Of a stretch of DNA of 64,000 nt, positions 18,056 through 29,529 are shown piece after piece. The stretch's first letter is position 1, and every line of letters starts with the position of its first letter. The notes beneath the pieces are model-generated. The model was given only the letters and a program-made list of their open reading frames with translations. It was not told the DNA's origin and did no database searches. The stretch spans positions 544,001 to 608,000 of the forward strand of contig CBDCTK010000002.1 in NCBI GenBank assembly GCA_965222225.1, in the 5' to 3' direction. The translations under genes were made by a program, and so were the position numbers. The DNA comes from Candidatus Poribacteria bacterium (lineage in GTDB: Bacteria; Poribacteria; WGA-4E; JAJDTR01).

Positions 18056-19825
18056 ATGCAGAAGTTAAGCAAAAAATCAAATTCAGTCAATTTTGTTAGG
18101 TCCATGGCCGTGTTGTGCTGGCGGCTAGTTTGTGCAGCTTTGATTCATGGCGTTTTCAGCGGCGGAGAAATGACGGCGAAGGCGTCTGATTCAAGCCCCC
18201 ATGTTCAATTCAAAGATGTTACACTTGCGGCGGGGATTGACTTTGTCCACTCTCACGGCTCTCGTTCCTCGCTGTTGCCGGAGGATATGGGTTCAGGGGC
18301 AGGATTTGCAGACTACGACAACGATGGAGATTTGGATTTATACGTTGTGAACAACCCCGGTCCGTTGAAAATCGAGATATCTTCGCAATCGCCGGGCAAC
18401 ATTTTGTATCGCAATAACGGAGATGGCACTTTTACCAATGTCACCGAGAAGGCGGGAGTGGGCGATCGAGGTCACGGCATGGGTTGTGTATTCGGAGACT
18501 ACGATAATGATGGAGATGTGGACCTATATGTCACTAACTTTGGGCCCAATGTCTTTTATTGCAACAATGGGGACGGCAGCTTCAGTGATGTCACGGAGGT
18601 GGCTGGCGTAGGCGATGAACGATGGGGCACAGGCGCCGTCTTCGGCGATTATGACAGAGATGGCAGCCTAGATCTCTACGTATGCAACTACGTTGAATAC
18701 AATCTCATCTCAATAGAGAAGATGAAGAGAGAGTCGAAACAGGCGGGAAAATCAGTTCCTAGCGCATTAAATCCCATTGCGTTTGAAGCCCAAGATAACA
18801 TGCTGTTTCGAAATAACGGGGACGGCACATTTAGTGATGTTACCGCTGTATTGCGCGTAGCAGCTAACGGCGGAAGAAGCATGCAGTCTATTTTCACGGA
18901 TTTTGACTTAGATGGCGATCTTGATCTCTATGTGGCAAACGATCTAACTCCCAACTTTCTGTATGAAAATAATGGTGATGGCACATTCGCCGATGTGAGT
19001 AGCGAGTCATGGGCGGCGGATATTAGGGGCTCAATGGGGCTCGCTACCGGTGACTACGATAGCGATGGTGATTTAGACCTCTTCATTAGTCATTGGATTG
19101 ACCAAGAGAACACGCTATACAGGAACTTGTGCAAGGAGGGGAGTGAAATCGCTAAAACAAAATCTAACGAAGCGGAGCCCATTCGTCTCATCGATGAGTC
19201 GTATGGCAGTTTACTTGCTGAAATCAGCATGAAAGACATTGGTTGGGGAACCGATTTTTTCGACTACGATAACGATGCAGATCTTGACATATTTGTCGCC
19301 AACGGCAGCACCTTTCAGTATCTTGAGATGCCAAAGTACCTCATTCGCCAGAAAGACCGTCTATTTCGCAACGAGGGAAATGGAACTTTCATCGAAATTA
19401 CGGATGATGCTGGTGTCAATGCGTCGCCGTCTCGGGTTGGGAGAGGTGTTGCTTGCGGCGACTATGACAACGATGGTGATGTCGATGTCTTTGTCGTCAA
19501 TAATCATGATCGAGCGGTGTTGTTGAAGAATGATGGTGGCAACCGGAACACGTGGCTCCATGTCAAATTAGTTGGGACGGTGGATAATCGTGATGGCATA
19601 GGAAGCAAGATTCGAGTGGTGGCTGGCGAACTGACGCAAATTCGGGAAATCAATGCCGGGGCAAGCTACATGTCTTTCAACAGCTTGACCGCAGAGTTCG
19701 GCTTGGGTCATAAATCAATGGTGGACTTACTGGAGGTTGTATGGCCGAACGGGGCAACCGAGCGATTCTCTAATGTCCGCGTGAATCAGAGGTTGATAGT
19801 TGCACAAGGTAACGGGATTCGCTAG
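18056..19825 (+). CDS. CRTAC1-family FG-GAP repeat / ASPIC-UnbV protein
   Basis: Multiple DYDNDGDxDLYV repeats, LYRNNGDGTF, NRDGIG, C-terminal FGLG...WPNG. Confidence 0.9.
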   Translation: MQKLSKKSNSVNFVRSMAVLCWRLVCAALIHGVFSGGEMTAKASDSSPHVQFKDVTLAAGIDFVHSHGSRSSLLPEDMGSGAGFADYDNDGDLDLYVVNNPGPLKIEISSQSPGNILYRNNGDGTFTNVTEKAGVGDRGHGMGCVFGDYDNDGDVDLYVTNFGPNVFYCNNGDGSFSDVTEVAGVGDERWGTGAVFGDYDRDGSLDLYVCNYVEYNLISIEKMKRESKQAGKSVPSALNPIAFEAQDNMLFRNNGDGTFSDVTAVLRVAANGGRSMQSIFTDFDLDGDLDLYVANDLTPNFLYENNGDGTFADVSSESWAADIRGSMGLATGDYDSDGDLDLFISHWIDQENTLYRNLCKEGSEIAKTKSNEAEPIRLIDESYGSLLAEISMKDIGWGTDFFDYDNDADLDIFVANGSTFQYLEMPKYLIRQKDRLFRNEGNGTFIEITDDAGVNASPSRVGRGVACGDYDNDGDVDVFVVNNHDRAVLLKNDGGNRNTWLHVKLVGTVDNRDGIGSKIRVVAGELTQIREINAGASYMSFNSLTAEFGLGHKSMVDLLEVVWPNGATERFSNVRVNQRLIVAQGNGIR

Positions 19826-20069
19826 CGGGCAGGTTGACAAGCGTTATGATGGGAGTTTTTCGCAGAAGAAACTCGGTGTCTCTTTTGCGGTTCATGATCT
19901 CAGATCGTGTGCGATGAAGAGTTGGGATTCACTCAAATTTCGACTTTTCGGGCTAAATGAATCCTCGAAAGCCTTCATTCTGTGTGCGATTTCCATGGGT
20001 TTCCGTTCAACTCAACCTACGTACTAAGTTAAGGGAAGTTGTTCTCGTCTTCTCATAGATTCGCATGTT

Positions 20070-20717
20070 ATGGGACACCAAAGATTAAATCTCGCTGTTG
20101 CCATTTGTGTGTTGCTATTTGTAGCTTGTACTGAGCAGAGGGAGACGCAGCAAATCCTTCCCCCAAGCACGATTGAAGGTTCAATCCGTGGAAATATCTC
20201 ACCCATCTCTGTCTATGATGCGAAGGTTGAGGTATTGCAGGAGGGCAAGGATATCGCTACAGTCGGTGTTCAGGATGGTGTCTTCCACATTAAGAATCTA
20301 CCTCCCGGGCACTACAATCTCCGTGTTTCCGCGTTTGCTTACGTGACCAATGATGCCATCAGAGGAATAGAGGTTATTGCGGGGCAGATTACCGAAGTCG
20401 GCCGTGCCGTGATTTTTCCTCAAGATACAGGCGAGTATATTCCCACGCGTATCATGGGCACAGTATACGATGCGGTGACCAGTGCGCCGATTGCGGGAGC
20501 GGTTATAAAGGTCAAATGTAACGAGGGCATCTGCAATACGCTCGAAAGCACCTCCGATTCCGAAGGGCGGTTTGAAATTGCCGTCTGGGCAAACCTCGCC
20601 TCAATTATTACCGTTACAAAGCAGGGCTACCAATCTAGTCATGCCGAAGTTATCGGTCTTTCGACGGGAGAATCGGCTGCCGTCGCACTCAAGTTGAAGA
20701 AGTTGGACAATCAGTAG
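20070..20717 (+). CDS. Lipoprotein with two carboxypeptidase-regulatory-like (transthyretin-fold) domains
   Basis: Lipobox FVAC; NLPPGHYNLRVS; GTVYDAVTSAPIAGA. Confidence 0.75.
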   Translation: MGHQRLNLAVAICVLLFVACTEQRETQQILPPSTIEGSIRGNISPISVYDAKVEVLQEGKDIATVGVQDGVFHIKNLPPGHYNLRVSAFAYVTNDAIRGIEVIAGQITEVGRAVIFPQDTGEYIPTRIMGTVYDAVTSAPIAGAVIKVKCNEGICNTLESTSDSEGRFEIAVWANLASIITVTKQGYQSSHAEVIGLSTGESAAVALKLKKLDNQ

Positions 20718-20801
20718 GTCAAGAGGAATCTTCTAATGTAGGGCGCTATTCGTCGTGGTTTCCACGCCTGTGGGTAGCAACGTTGGAAGCTCAATGCAGA
20801 T

Positions 20802-23027
20802 TCAAACCACCTCAAGCTGGAATTGACGGTAGATTGCGCGCGCTTTTTCTTCTACTGTCGCAAGATAGGCGTCGCTGATGGCACTTTTGTAACTTGCTGT
20901 GAGCTGTCCTCCGTATTTGCCAAACGCTTCCGAAAATTGTCGACAGTTCTCCTTATCGTTACCTGAGGCATAAGCCTTGGTCTTCGCATCTGTACCAGAC
21001 TTGCGAATCTCTACAAACTTGTCACGGAATTTAAAATACGTCCCATCTCCCACAAACCGCACATCTTCAAGATTGGAGAAATCAAGCGACGGGAATGCCT
21101 CCTCAAGGATTGCACGCACTTGTTTCAAAGCTATCCGCTTCTCGTGCAAGGCAATTGCAAGTCCAAGGAAAAAGAGGTCGTTCTTGTCTCGCTGCGCCTC
21201 TCCCTCTTGCTTTGCCACTTTGAGCCTTACGGGATCGGGTTCAGATTCGTTGTAGTAGACTACATCTTCGCGGATGTCATATTTCCCAATAATTGAATTC
21301 TCGGCAAAGAGCGTCTCTAGATAATCGGACAGATGAAGGCTGTTCGCTTTACAATGTGCAGCTAACGCCGCAACGAGAACCATCGACTCTCCCGCGCTCT
21401 TTTCACGCATGGCGATTGCAGTGCGCCCGTTCTTGCTCTGAATCAATTCCTCAGGTCCCGTAATCATTCCTCCACTCTCTTCACCTGCGAAAAGAAGACG
21501 AGGTTGAACTCCAAGATTAATCGGTTCAGCGTAAACATCCTTCACGACGACCGGTGCATCAGGCGAATTAGACAGCTGTTTTTCGACCTTTTTCAAAATC
21601 GCGGCAATTTCCTTGAATCCGACCGGGACGTTGATGACCTTAACATCATTCTTACGCGCCCATTCGTCCCATGTAATTGCGGAGGCAGTTGTCTTGATGA
21701 TAAAGCGCGGGTGAGTGTCCCATGCCCCCACGGTTTTCAACTGGTTTGCATAGAAATCCATATTCATCAAGAAAGATTGGTTGGGTGTATAAATGCTCAG
21801 AATCCTGCCATTGCCAAGATTCAAGGATTCGATTCCGATTCTCTCCAATTTGCATTTGCGATATACACTCTCAATTTCGCACACAATCAGTCGGTCACCA
21901 TCCGGGTCCGTTACTTCAATGATTGTTCCTATAGGCTCATTCTTCAATTTTGTTCTGTAGTCTGCCGTCTTCACGACTTCAAGGATACTAAATTCGCAGC
22001 CCAGATCGAAATACTCCTTCTCTCCCGATTTCGGGTTGTAATCAAGTTTTCCGATATTATAGTAAAGCGGATCTGCATCAACATGGAGCCACTTCAATGA
22101 ATCCGCAACTTTTAGCCGTTGAAATATCTTGCGCATTGTCTGGAACATGCACCCACCCACGCAATCAATGACAATTGAGGGCTTGACCTCACGGATCAGA
22201 TCAAGATTGGCATCCTTTGCGACTCCGTTGCGCAGGTAATCAACGTAAAGGCGTGTGCCATCATCAGATTCGTCAAGGAAGCTGAAGTCAATATTTTCAT
22301 CATTTGAAGCACTAAACTGTATCAAATATCCTTTTGATTCTGCCGTCTTTAGGATCTCCTCAATCTTATTGACAAACTGCAGGGATTCCTCAGACAGATA
22401 TTGGCTTCCTTGGTTGTTCAAGTCTTTGGTTGCGATTTTGGTGCTTACCGAATGGCTTGAGGTTACGTGTTCGCCTCCATCCAGATCCAGTACAAAAATC
22501 AGAAACGACACCATCCAAATGGGAATTGGCGCGAAATCCTTTGGTATCAGAGTCTGAATGCCCTGGGCGGCTTGGATGCGGGAAATCAATTCAACATATT
22601 TCTGCGAGTTATATCGGACTTCGCAGCCGGCAATCTTTCTAAGTTGTCTACCTTGGGAGTGTTCTTTTACAACCAAGCTCTTTCCGAGCGTTGCCAATAT
22701 TACTCCGACTTGGTTGATTGGGAATCGCATGTCCCATGGATACAACACATTTTGTGGTCCCCGAATACCGCCGGTTGACGCCTGGGATTCTCTTTTATAG
22801 TTGCGGAACCATTCCCACAGATTTAGCCGATTAATCCATCCTGCATCCAGATAAAAGGTGAATTCTCCAGTCTCGTCCTGTGGGAACAACGGTGTTCTCC
22901 AAGTGTCAGGTGTATTGGCTTTGACAGCAGAAAGAAGCTCCCTTTCTGTTTGATTGCGTAGTTGGATGAAAGATTCGTCAATCGGAATAATCATGCAATT
23001 CTCCGTTTCGTTATGGTGGTGTGTCAT
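20802..23027 (-). CDS. Phosphoglucomutase/phosphomannomutase superfamily protein (atypical, long)
   Basis: STGGIRG, TSSHS (phosphoserine loop variant), DPDGDR, VGFK, GEESGG, IRKSGTD. Confidence 0.8.
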   Translation of the reverse strand: MTHHHNETENCMIIPIDESFIQLRNQTERELLSAVKANTPDTWRTPLFPQDETGEFTFYLDAGWINRLNLWEWFRNYKRESQASTGGIRGPQNVLYPWDMRFPINQVGVILATLGKSLVVKEHSQGRQLRKIAGCEVRYNSQKYVELISRIQAAQGIQTLIPKDFAPIPIWMVSFLIFVLDLDGGEHVTSSHSVSTKIATKDLNNQGSQYLSEESLQFVNKIEEILKTAESKGYLIQFSASNDENIDFSFLDESDDGTRLYVDYLRNGVAKDANLDLIREVKPSIVIDCVGGCMFQTMRKIFQRLKVADSLKWLHVDADPLYYNIGKLDYNPKSGEKEYFDLGCEFSILEVVKTADYRTKLKNEPIGTIIEVTDPDGDRLIVCEIESVYRKCKLERIGIESLNLGNGRILSIYTPNQSFLMNMDFYANQLKTVGAWDTHPRFIIKTTASAITWDEWARKNDVKVINVPVGFKEIAAILKKVEKQLSNSPDAPVVVKDVYAEPINLGVQPRLLFAGEESGGMITGPEELIQSKNGRTAIAMREKSAGESMVLVAALAAHCKANSLHLSDYLETLFAENSIIGKYDIREDVVYYNESEPDPVRLKVAKQEGEAQRDKNDLFFLGLAIALHEKRIALKQVRAILEEAFPSLDFSNLEDVRFVGDGTYFKFRDKFVEIRKSGTDAKTKAYASGNDKENCRQFSEAFGKYGGQLTASYKSAISDAYLATVEEKARAIYRQFQLEVV

Positions 23028-23133
23028 GGTGTTCGTCTGTTCTTTCTATCCGTTGTCCAAGTGCCGATTTAATCAAGATTATCAGTTCTTCGCGTTTTTC
23101 GTCGGCATCTACGACTTCCAGTCTTATAAACTC

Positions 23134-24947
23134 TTAGGGGCAACTACGTGTTGTGACGGCAGATTCAATGTATCGTTTTCGCTCTTTATTTTGATGTTGT
23201 TGCAAGGGTAAAGCGAAGTGAAACACCGATCCTTCCCCAAGAACACTCTCTGCCCAGATTCGTCCATCGTGTTGCAGTAGAATATGTTTTGCAATCGCCA
23301 GTCCCAAACCTGTTCCACGTACCTCAGATGACCGCGCCTTATCCACTCTGTAAAATCGTTCAAATATCCGTGGTAACATGTCGGACGATATTCCAATGCC
23401 TGTGTCTCGAATATGTATTACAACCTCGGATTCACTTATACTGGCAGAGACAGTAATTTTGCCGCCCGGAGAAGTGTATTTAATTGCATTATCAATCAGG
23501 TTAGCGAAAGTTTGTTCTATGAGCCGCTTATCCACCAGTACCCGCGGCGAGTCGTCGGGAACTTCCCAATCAAATGTGAGTTTGGTGTCATCGAACACTG
23601 GGCCGAATAGATTCAAAAGGGGCGCCCGAAATACTCCAAGTTCACAAGATTCGAGGGTAAGGGTAGCCATTCCAGATTCCAGACGAGAGAGATCGAGGAG
23701 GTCTGTCACAAGTTGTGACAGCGCGGACGATTGTTGAAATATCTTCTCGACAAAACGCCGATTTGTACTCGAGTCGTCCAAAGCACCGGTCAGCAGTGTC
23801 TCGGCGAATCCTTGAATTGAGGTGAGCGGTGTCCGTATCTCGTGGGAGACATTGGTGACGAAATCCACTCTACGCGCTCTAAATTTCTCAATGTACTCAC
23901 GTCGTGAATCACAACCAGATATTCGTCTACAATAGGAACAGACGTGATTTCTGTTTCGCGTTCTGCAGTTCCCACTAACTTGAGTTCGGCAAACGCGGAT
24001 TCTTTTGTATCCCGACTTTTCGTCAGGAGTTCCTGTAATCTTGGATCTCGGATTGTTTCAATAAGGGGATGTCCGCGATAGTTGGCAGAAAGATTTAACA
24101 TCAAAACCGCGGCCGGGTTTGCATAGACAATAGCAAACTTCTCATCTATCAGTAGCACGCCTTCAACCATGTTCGCCAAGATTGCTTCCAATCGATCCCG
24201 TTCCTGAGAGACTTCATGGATTTGGTGTTTGACGCGATCCGCCATTTGACTGAAATGTTGGGTCAATCGCCCAAGCTCGTCCGAAGAGTTATTTGAAACT
24301 TGTATTGAAATCCGTCCATCGGCAATCAATTTTGCGGTCCGGAGAAACCTGCGAATTGGACTTGTGACTATCTTCGCGGCAACTAGACCGAGCATCAGAG
24401 TCGAAGCCAAGCCAATGACAATCGCGGGAATAAAGGCTGATTTAAAGCGCTCAACAAGCTCTTGCATGCGTAGCGAAGGTAATACAACTCGACATACGCC
24501 GATTAACCGATCCTCTCGCAACACGGGGATTGCAAAATAACGCATGTCGGTTCCTTGGATGTCACTGTATCGGGTTACATCGCCTCTACCTTTCGCCAAG
24601 GCGGCTTGTATCTCTAGGCGGTTTTGGAGGTTATCCATTTCCCTCAAAGCATCTGCATCGTATGCGGTATCGCCCCAAACGGTGCCATCCGGATCAACAA
24701 ATGTTAAGCGCACGAAATTTTCCGTGTCAAGTTTGTCAACGAGCGCATCTACTGTGCCATAGCTGAAATTCGTTGGAAGCGTGTTGCTCAGATGTTCACA
24801 AATCATGCGCGCTTTCATTTCTAGTTCGGGCACAGTCTGTTCAGCGAACATCTGCTTTAGTGAGTGATGTAAGTAGACGAATATCACAAGCAATGTTGCC
24901 AGCGAAATTAGGACGTAGCTCAAAATCAATCGGGCGCGCATTCTCAC
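23134..24947 (-). pseudogene. phoR: PhoR-like sensor histidine kinase (HAMP, PAS, HisKA, HATPase), frameshift at ~23870
   Basis: N-part has 2 TM, HAMP and PAS. C-part has DFVTNVSHEIRTPLT, NLIDNAIKY, FERFYRVDKARS, GTGLGLAI. The two frames differ by 1 nt. Confidence 0.85.
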
Positions 24948-25022
24948 AACCTTTTTCCTGTTTGTGTGAACCGATCATCATCCTATCACACCTGCCTTCT
25001 TCATCGCCATTCAAAAACGATA

Positions 25023-25077
25023 AGTCATTAAAAAGCCAATGAAATGTAATACAACTGTAACATTTCTAGCTTATATT
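25023..25077 (+). promoter_or_regulatory. Pho-box array and -10 box of phoB1 (probably a leaderless mRNA)
   Basis: Hexamers agtcat/agccaa/tgtaat/tgtaac at an 11-bp period, then TGTAACA-N9-TATATT ending 7 bp before the ATG. Confidence 0.75.
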
Positions 25078-25084
25078 TACACTT

Positions 25085-25771
25085 ATGATGTCAAAGATTC
25101 TAATCGTTGAAGACGAGCCCGATATAGTCGAACTGTTGGCGTATAACCTACATCAGGCAGGTTTTGAGACGACAACGGCATTTAATGGGGAAGACGCCCT
25201 CCGACATGTGAACACTCGACCTCCAGACCTGATTCTCTTAGATCTGTTACTTCCCGGTGTGGATGGGCTAGAAATTTGCCGCATGTTGAAAAGGAATCCT
25301 ACGACTGAGGACATTCCTGTAATCATCTTGACTGCAAAAGGGGAGAAAACTGACAGGATTGTAGGCCTGGAATTAGGTGCAGATGATTATATTACCAAGC
25401 CTTTTAGCCCCAGAGAGGTAGTGCTGAGGATTCGTGCTGTCCAGCGTCGTATGGAAGAAGCTCGGACTAGCACAGCAGCGAAGCAGTTAAGGATTCACGA
25501 CTTGGTGATAAATTTGGACAATCATCAAGTGTTAAACAGGAGGCAGGAAGTGGATTTGACCGCCACGGAGTTCAAACTCCTTACGCTCTTGGTAGGGACG
25601 CCTAGACGCGTTTTTACACGCGATCTTCTGATGAATAAACTTTGGGGTGACAATTATTTCGCCGTGGATCGCACCGTGGACACTCACATCAGTCGTCTGA
25701 GGCGTAAATTACACCAACTAAGCGATGCTATAGAAACTGTACGCGGAGTCGGTTACCGCTTCAAAGAATAG
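25085..25771 (+). CDS. phoB: PhoB-like OmpR-family response regulator (copy 1)
   Basis: Receiver domain (ED, D, GADDYITKPF) and winged helix (RTVDTHISRLRRKL, VRGVGYRF); divergent from phoR. Confidence 0.85.
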   Translation: MMSKILIVEDEPDIVELLAYNLHQAGFETTTAFNGEDALRHVNTRPPDLILLDLLLPGVDGLEICRMLKRNPTTEDIPVIILTAKGEKTDRIVGLELGADDYITKPFSPREVVLRIRAVQRRMEEARTSTAAKQLRIHDLVINLDNHQVLNRRQEVDLTATEFKLLTLLVGTPRRVFTRDLLMNKLWGDNYFAVDRTVDTHISRLRRKLHQLSDAIETVRGVGYRFKE

Positions 25772-26079
25772 CCCAACTGTTTTACTTGATTGACTTCGTT
25801 GGCTTGTTTTAACAAACCATGATGCGGCTAGATTGTATGCGACTTTTTCTAGCAGCGCATCCAAATCACACTTCTTGGTTCTGCACAACCTTCAATCCAT
25901 TAGGGACCATCGGACGTTACTTTATCACCAACCTTCCTAATTGACTTTCCCAAAGATAACTGAAAAGAGCAGAATGTATCTAGGTTCTGTTGACATTTCA
26001 TCGTCACCAGATTATTGAGGGGGCATGAATAGGTGCGCTCATATAACCAAATTGGGTAAGGCAACCTAGTTTGTGTTAA

Positions 26080-26184
26080 GTGAGGACGGGGAAACCCCGC
26101 CCCTACGATTGAGGCAGAGTCGGCACTCAATGAAATCGTGGCATGCACCGGCATCCGTAGGGGTTGGGTTTCCCAACCCGTTGA
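26080..26184. repeat. Inverted pair of GTAG-type REP sequences (REPIN-like)
   Basis: ggacggggaaaccccgcccctacg followed ~50 bp later by cgtaggggttgggtttcccaacccg. Confidence 0.65.
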
Positions 26185-26311
26185 GCGCCTCCCTCGATTT
26201 ACGCGCCCGCCTAATATAAACGTCAACAGAAGCTAGTCATATCGGAAAAAATGACGAGATGTAAACATGGCGTTAACGTTTCACTCGGTTGAGTAGGTAT
26301 AGCCCTGTTTA

Positions 26312-26439
26312 GAGCCTGTTTGAAAAGTCCGAATCCGTCTTCGAGAGAGGCTATTTTGGGGAAAATGCCTTGAAATCCAATGACTTTTTCCCTCAAATGA
26401 CCAAACAATAGCTTTGCCATCTACTTCACAAACAGGCTC
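26312..26439. mobile_element. MITE (IS5-like terminal inverted repeats, TTA target duplication)
   Basis: gagcctgtttgaaaagt and acttcacaaacaggctc inverted ends, flanked by TTA on both sides; no transposase. Confidence 0.7.
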
Positions 26440-26638
26440 TTAAGGACACTTTTCGGGGTTAGGCTTTTTGTTTCTTTATCATGTCCAAAGTGGTATAATA
26501 TCCTTCGCGCAATGCCACCGCTTCCACCGCCGACCTCGTGATAATCGTGGTTTCTTTCTTTTCTGCGGATGAATCAACCAGGCCGAATCAAGATTAAATC
26601 AACCCGAAAACCAGGAAAGGTCTAATCCTATAAATTAA

Positions 26639-27923
26639 ATGGAAACCTCACGAGACCGGGACGATATTCTCATCTCCACGGTAATCAGACTCATTAAACG
26701 CAGAGCGATCTCCAACTTGAAAAAAGTCGTCAGTAAAACACATTCTGCGGATATTGCACACTGGTTTCCTTATCTTCGTCCCAACGAAAAGTCCATCTTG
26801 TTTAATCTCCTCATCGAGCAGGGACAAATGGGTGAGGTGATGAGTGAACTGAATGGTGAGGACAGGAATTTCTTTATTCAGGAGTCTGATGCTGGCGTTT
26901 TGGCGGACATTTTTCATAACATGCCAGCCGATGATTTGGGAGATATTCTGGCAGATTTACCCGAAGAGAAAACTCAACAATTTCTCAAACTCATAAAGGG
27001 CAAGGCCTCGGAAGACGTGGAGCAACTGTTGCAGGTTGAGAAAAAAACGGCGGGCTATATAATGACTCCCAACTTTCTCGCTTTGACAGAAGAAACGACA
27101 GCAGCGGCAGCGACGGATCGGATTCGAGAACTAGCCGATATTGAGATGGTTTTCTACGTTTATGTCATTGATGACGAGAATCAACTCAAAGGTGTCATAT
27201 CCCTTAGACAGCTTGTGGCTACCAAACCTGACACGCCATTGAAAGATTTGATGACTACCCGGGTTGTTTTCGGTTCATCCAAGCACGCCGCAAGAGGAGG
27301 TCGCGCATGTTGTTGCTCGTTACAACCTTCTCGCAGTTCCAGTTATTGATGACAGCGTAAAGTTAATTGGAATTGTAACGATTGATGATGTGATTGACGT
27401 TATTCGTGAGGAAAACACAGAGGATATGTTAAAAATGGCGGGTACAGGTGATGTTAATATCGCCTCAAAGTCTATCTTCAAGAATACACGCGCACGCTTG
27501 CCATGGTTGTTAGCGAGTTTTGTCGGTGGATTGATCGCTGTTTACGTCATCGACAATCATCGTTTGTGGGCTTGCGACAGGGGAGATTGACCTCAAGGAG
27601 ACGTGGAAAGTTCTGTGGAGAGAGATTGCAACCGGTGCTTCACTCGGGTGTGTTTACGGAATTTTGCTTGGCACCTTTGCTAAATTTCGGTTTTCGAAAG
27701 TAGAGATTGGCGGACTACAATTGGCTTGGGAATTCCCTGTTGTTGTTGCGTTAGCAATTTGTGTCAATATGTTAATTGCTGCCACGATCGGTACACTTAT
27801 CCCAATGTTTTTAAACGAATTCAGGTTGATCCGGCTATTGCGACTGGTCCATTTGTTACTACCGCAATTGACGTATTTGGCATTCTGACTTACTTTACAA
27901 TTGCACAGTTACTGCTCTTTTGA
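26639..27923 (+). pseudogene. mgtE: Magnesium transporter MgtE with two frameshifts and an internal deletion
   Basis: MgtE_N, CBS pair, RARLPWL and DPAIATGPFVTTAID are spread over several frames; the GGN segment is missing at ~27555. Confidence 0.88.
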
Positions 27924-27981
27924 TTAAGGTGCAACAGGTGGGATGGTATAGAGAGGATTTCCGATAAAGTAAACGCAAGAA

Positions 27982-29529
27982 ATGAACATGAGCTTACCAG
28001 ACGGACGCGATGGACGGACAATCATCAGCGACCTAGCGAACTACTATTTGCTAAGACAGGAACAGCCTACGGCCAAGAACGTCGGGATATACGATACCTT
28101 TGATTGGCGATTGTTTGAAAAATCTCTTGTGTTGTATAGTTCCGAGGGTGAACTGATTTTGTACAGGTTGTCCGATTATAAGATTGTCCAGCACACCAAA
28201 GTGAGCTCACTTCCTAATTTTGTGTGGGATTTTCCGGATGGTGATTTGAAAACATTGCTTGCGCCCATTCTTGAAGTGCGCAGACTGCTGAAACTTACCA
28301 CAATACATTCTCAATCCACTATCTACCGCATTTTGAATAAAGAGCAGAAAACTGTGGTTAGACTGAACTATGAAGAAATCCGTCGAACTGCTCAAGCACA
28401 AAGATCGACGTTATGCGTCCATCTTCACGTTGAATCGGTTAGGGGCTATCCGAGATATTATCGGGCAACGGTAGAACGGCTGGGGAAAATGGGGTTTATG
28501 CAAATCAAGCCAGAGACAATGTACTTCGAGGTTTTGAAAGAGAGCAATAAAACTCCCGGCGAATATTCTTCCAAATTGAAGCTACAGCTCGAGCCTGACA
28601 TGCGTTCAGATGAAGCCGCAAAGTTTATCTTGCGTTCTCTATTTAAATCCATGAAAGTCAATGAAAATCATATCGGTGAAGATCCTGACACAGAATTCTT
28701 GCACGATTTTCGGGTCGCCATTCGACGCACTCGCGTCGCGTTAAATCAAATCAAAGGGGTTTTCCCGGTAGACACCATCAAGAAATTTCAGAGAGATTTT
28801 GCTATTCTGGGTAAACTTTCGAATGAACTGCGGGATTTGGACGTTTATCTCCTCAAAGAGGATACCTACAAGAAAATGCTGCCCGAAAGCTTGCGCGATG
28901 AAATCAATCCCTTGTTCGTGTTCTTAAAGAACAAGAGATCGAAAGTATTAGAGGATGTCAAGAATGGTTTGTCCTCCCGCGAGTCTGCCAAAGTTCTTCG
29001 GACGTGGGAGAACTTCCTGGATGAACCCTCGGAAGGTTCGCTGACCGCACCGAATGCAACAGTTCCAGTCTTTGAGCTAGCCCGCAACAGAATTCATAAG
29101 AGGTACACCGAGATTCTAGAAACGGGCGCCCAAATTCTTGAGACAGCTAACGATGAGCGGTTACATGCCTTGAGGATTGAATGTAAGAAACTTCGGTATT
29201 TAATGGAGTTCTTTTCCAGTCTATTTCCTAGCAAAAAAATCTCGCTCTTGATTAAAGAACTTAAGAGTTTGCAAGATAATTTAGGTAACCTCAACGATTT
29301 GAGTATTCAACGGGCGTATCTTCGGAACACGGTCGATGAGTTACCGATTACCGACCATCAAGCTAAAAAGACAACATTGGCAATTGGAAGTTTGATTGGA
29401 AACCTAGAAGAACAGACTCAAGCCGTTAAAGGGTCGTTTTCTAAGAAATTCACTAGATTCGCGTCGCCTACACATAGAAGGTTATACCATGAGTTGTTCG
29501 TTGCAACAAAGAGTAAGGCGAGTGCATGA
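27982..29529 (+). CDS. CHAD-domain (polyphosphate-binding) protein with a CYTH-like N-terminus
   Basis: YDTFDWRL, EFLHDFRVAIRRTR, LRDLDV, LHALRIECKKLRY, LQDNLGNLND. Confidence 0.9.
   Translation: MNMSLPDGRDGRTIISDLANYYLLRQEQPTAKNVGIYDTFDWRLFEKSLVLYSSEGELILYRLSDYKIVQHTKVSSLPNFVWDFPDGDLKTLLAPILEVRRLLKLTTIHSQSTIYRILNKEQKTVVRLNYEEIRRTAQAQRSTLCVHLHVESVRGYPRYYRATVERLGKMGFMQIKPETMYFEVLKESNKTPGEYSSKLKLQLEPDMRSDEAAKFILRSLFKSMKVNENHIGEDPDTEFLHDFRVAIRRTRVALNQIKGVFPVDTIKKFQRDFAILGKLSNELRDLDVYLLKEDTYKKMLPESLRDEINPLFVFLKNKRSKVLEDVKNGLSSRESAKVLRTWENFLDEPSEGSLTAPNATVPVFELARNRIHKRYTEILETGAQILETANDERLHALRIECKKLRYLMEFFSSLFPSKKISLLIKELKSLQDNLGNLNDLSIQRAYLRNTVDELPITDHQAKKTTLAIGSLIGNLEEQTQAVKGSFSKKFTRFASPTHRRLYHELFVATKSKASA

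Noticed and set aside
21504-22100. Long antisense or alternative-frame ORFs (e.g. 21504-22100, 50271-50885, 6423-6881)
   Set aside because: Shadows of well-supported genes on the opposite strand.
25900-26420. ORFs 25900-26226 and 26223-26420 as genes
   Set aside because: They run through the REP pair and the MITE and have no protein-like motifs.
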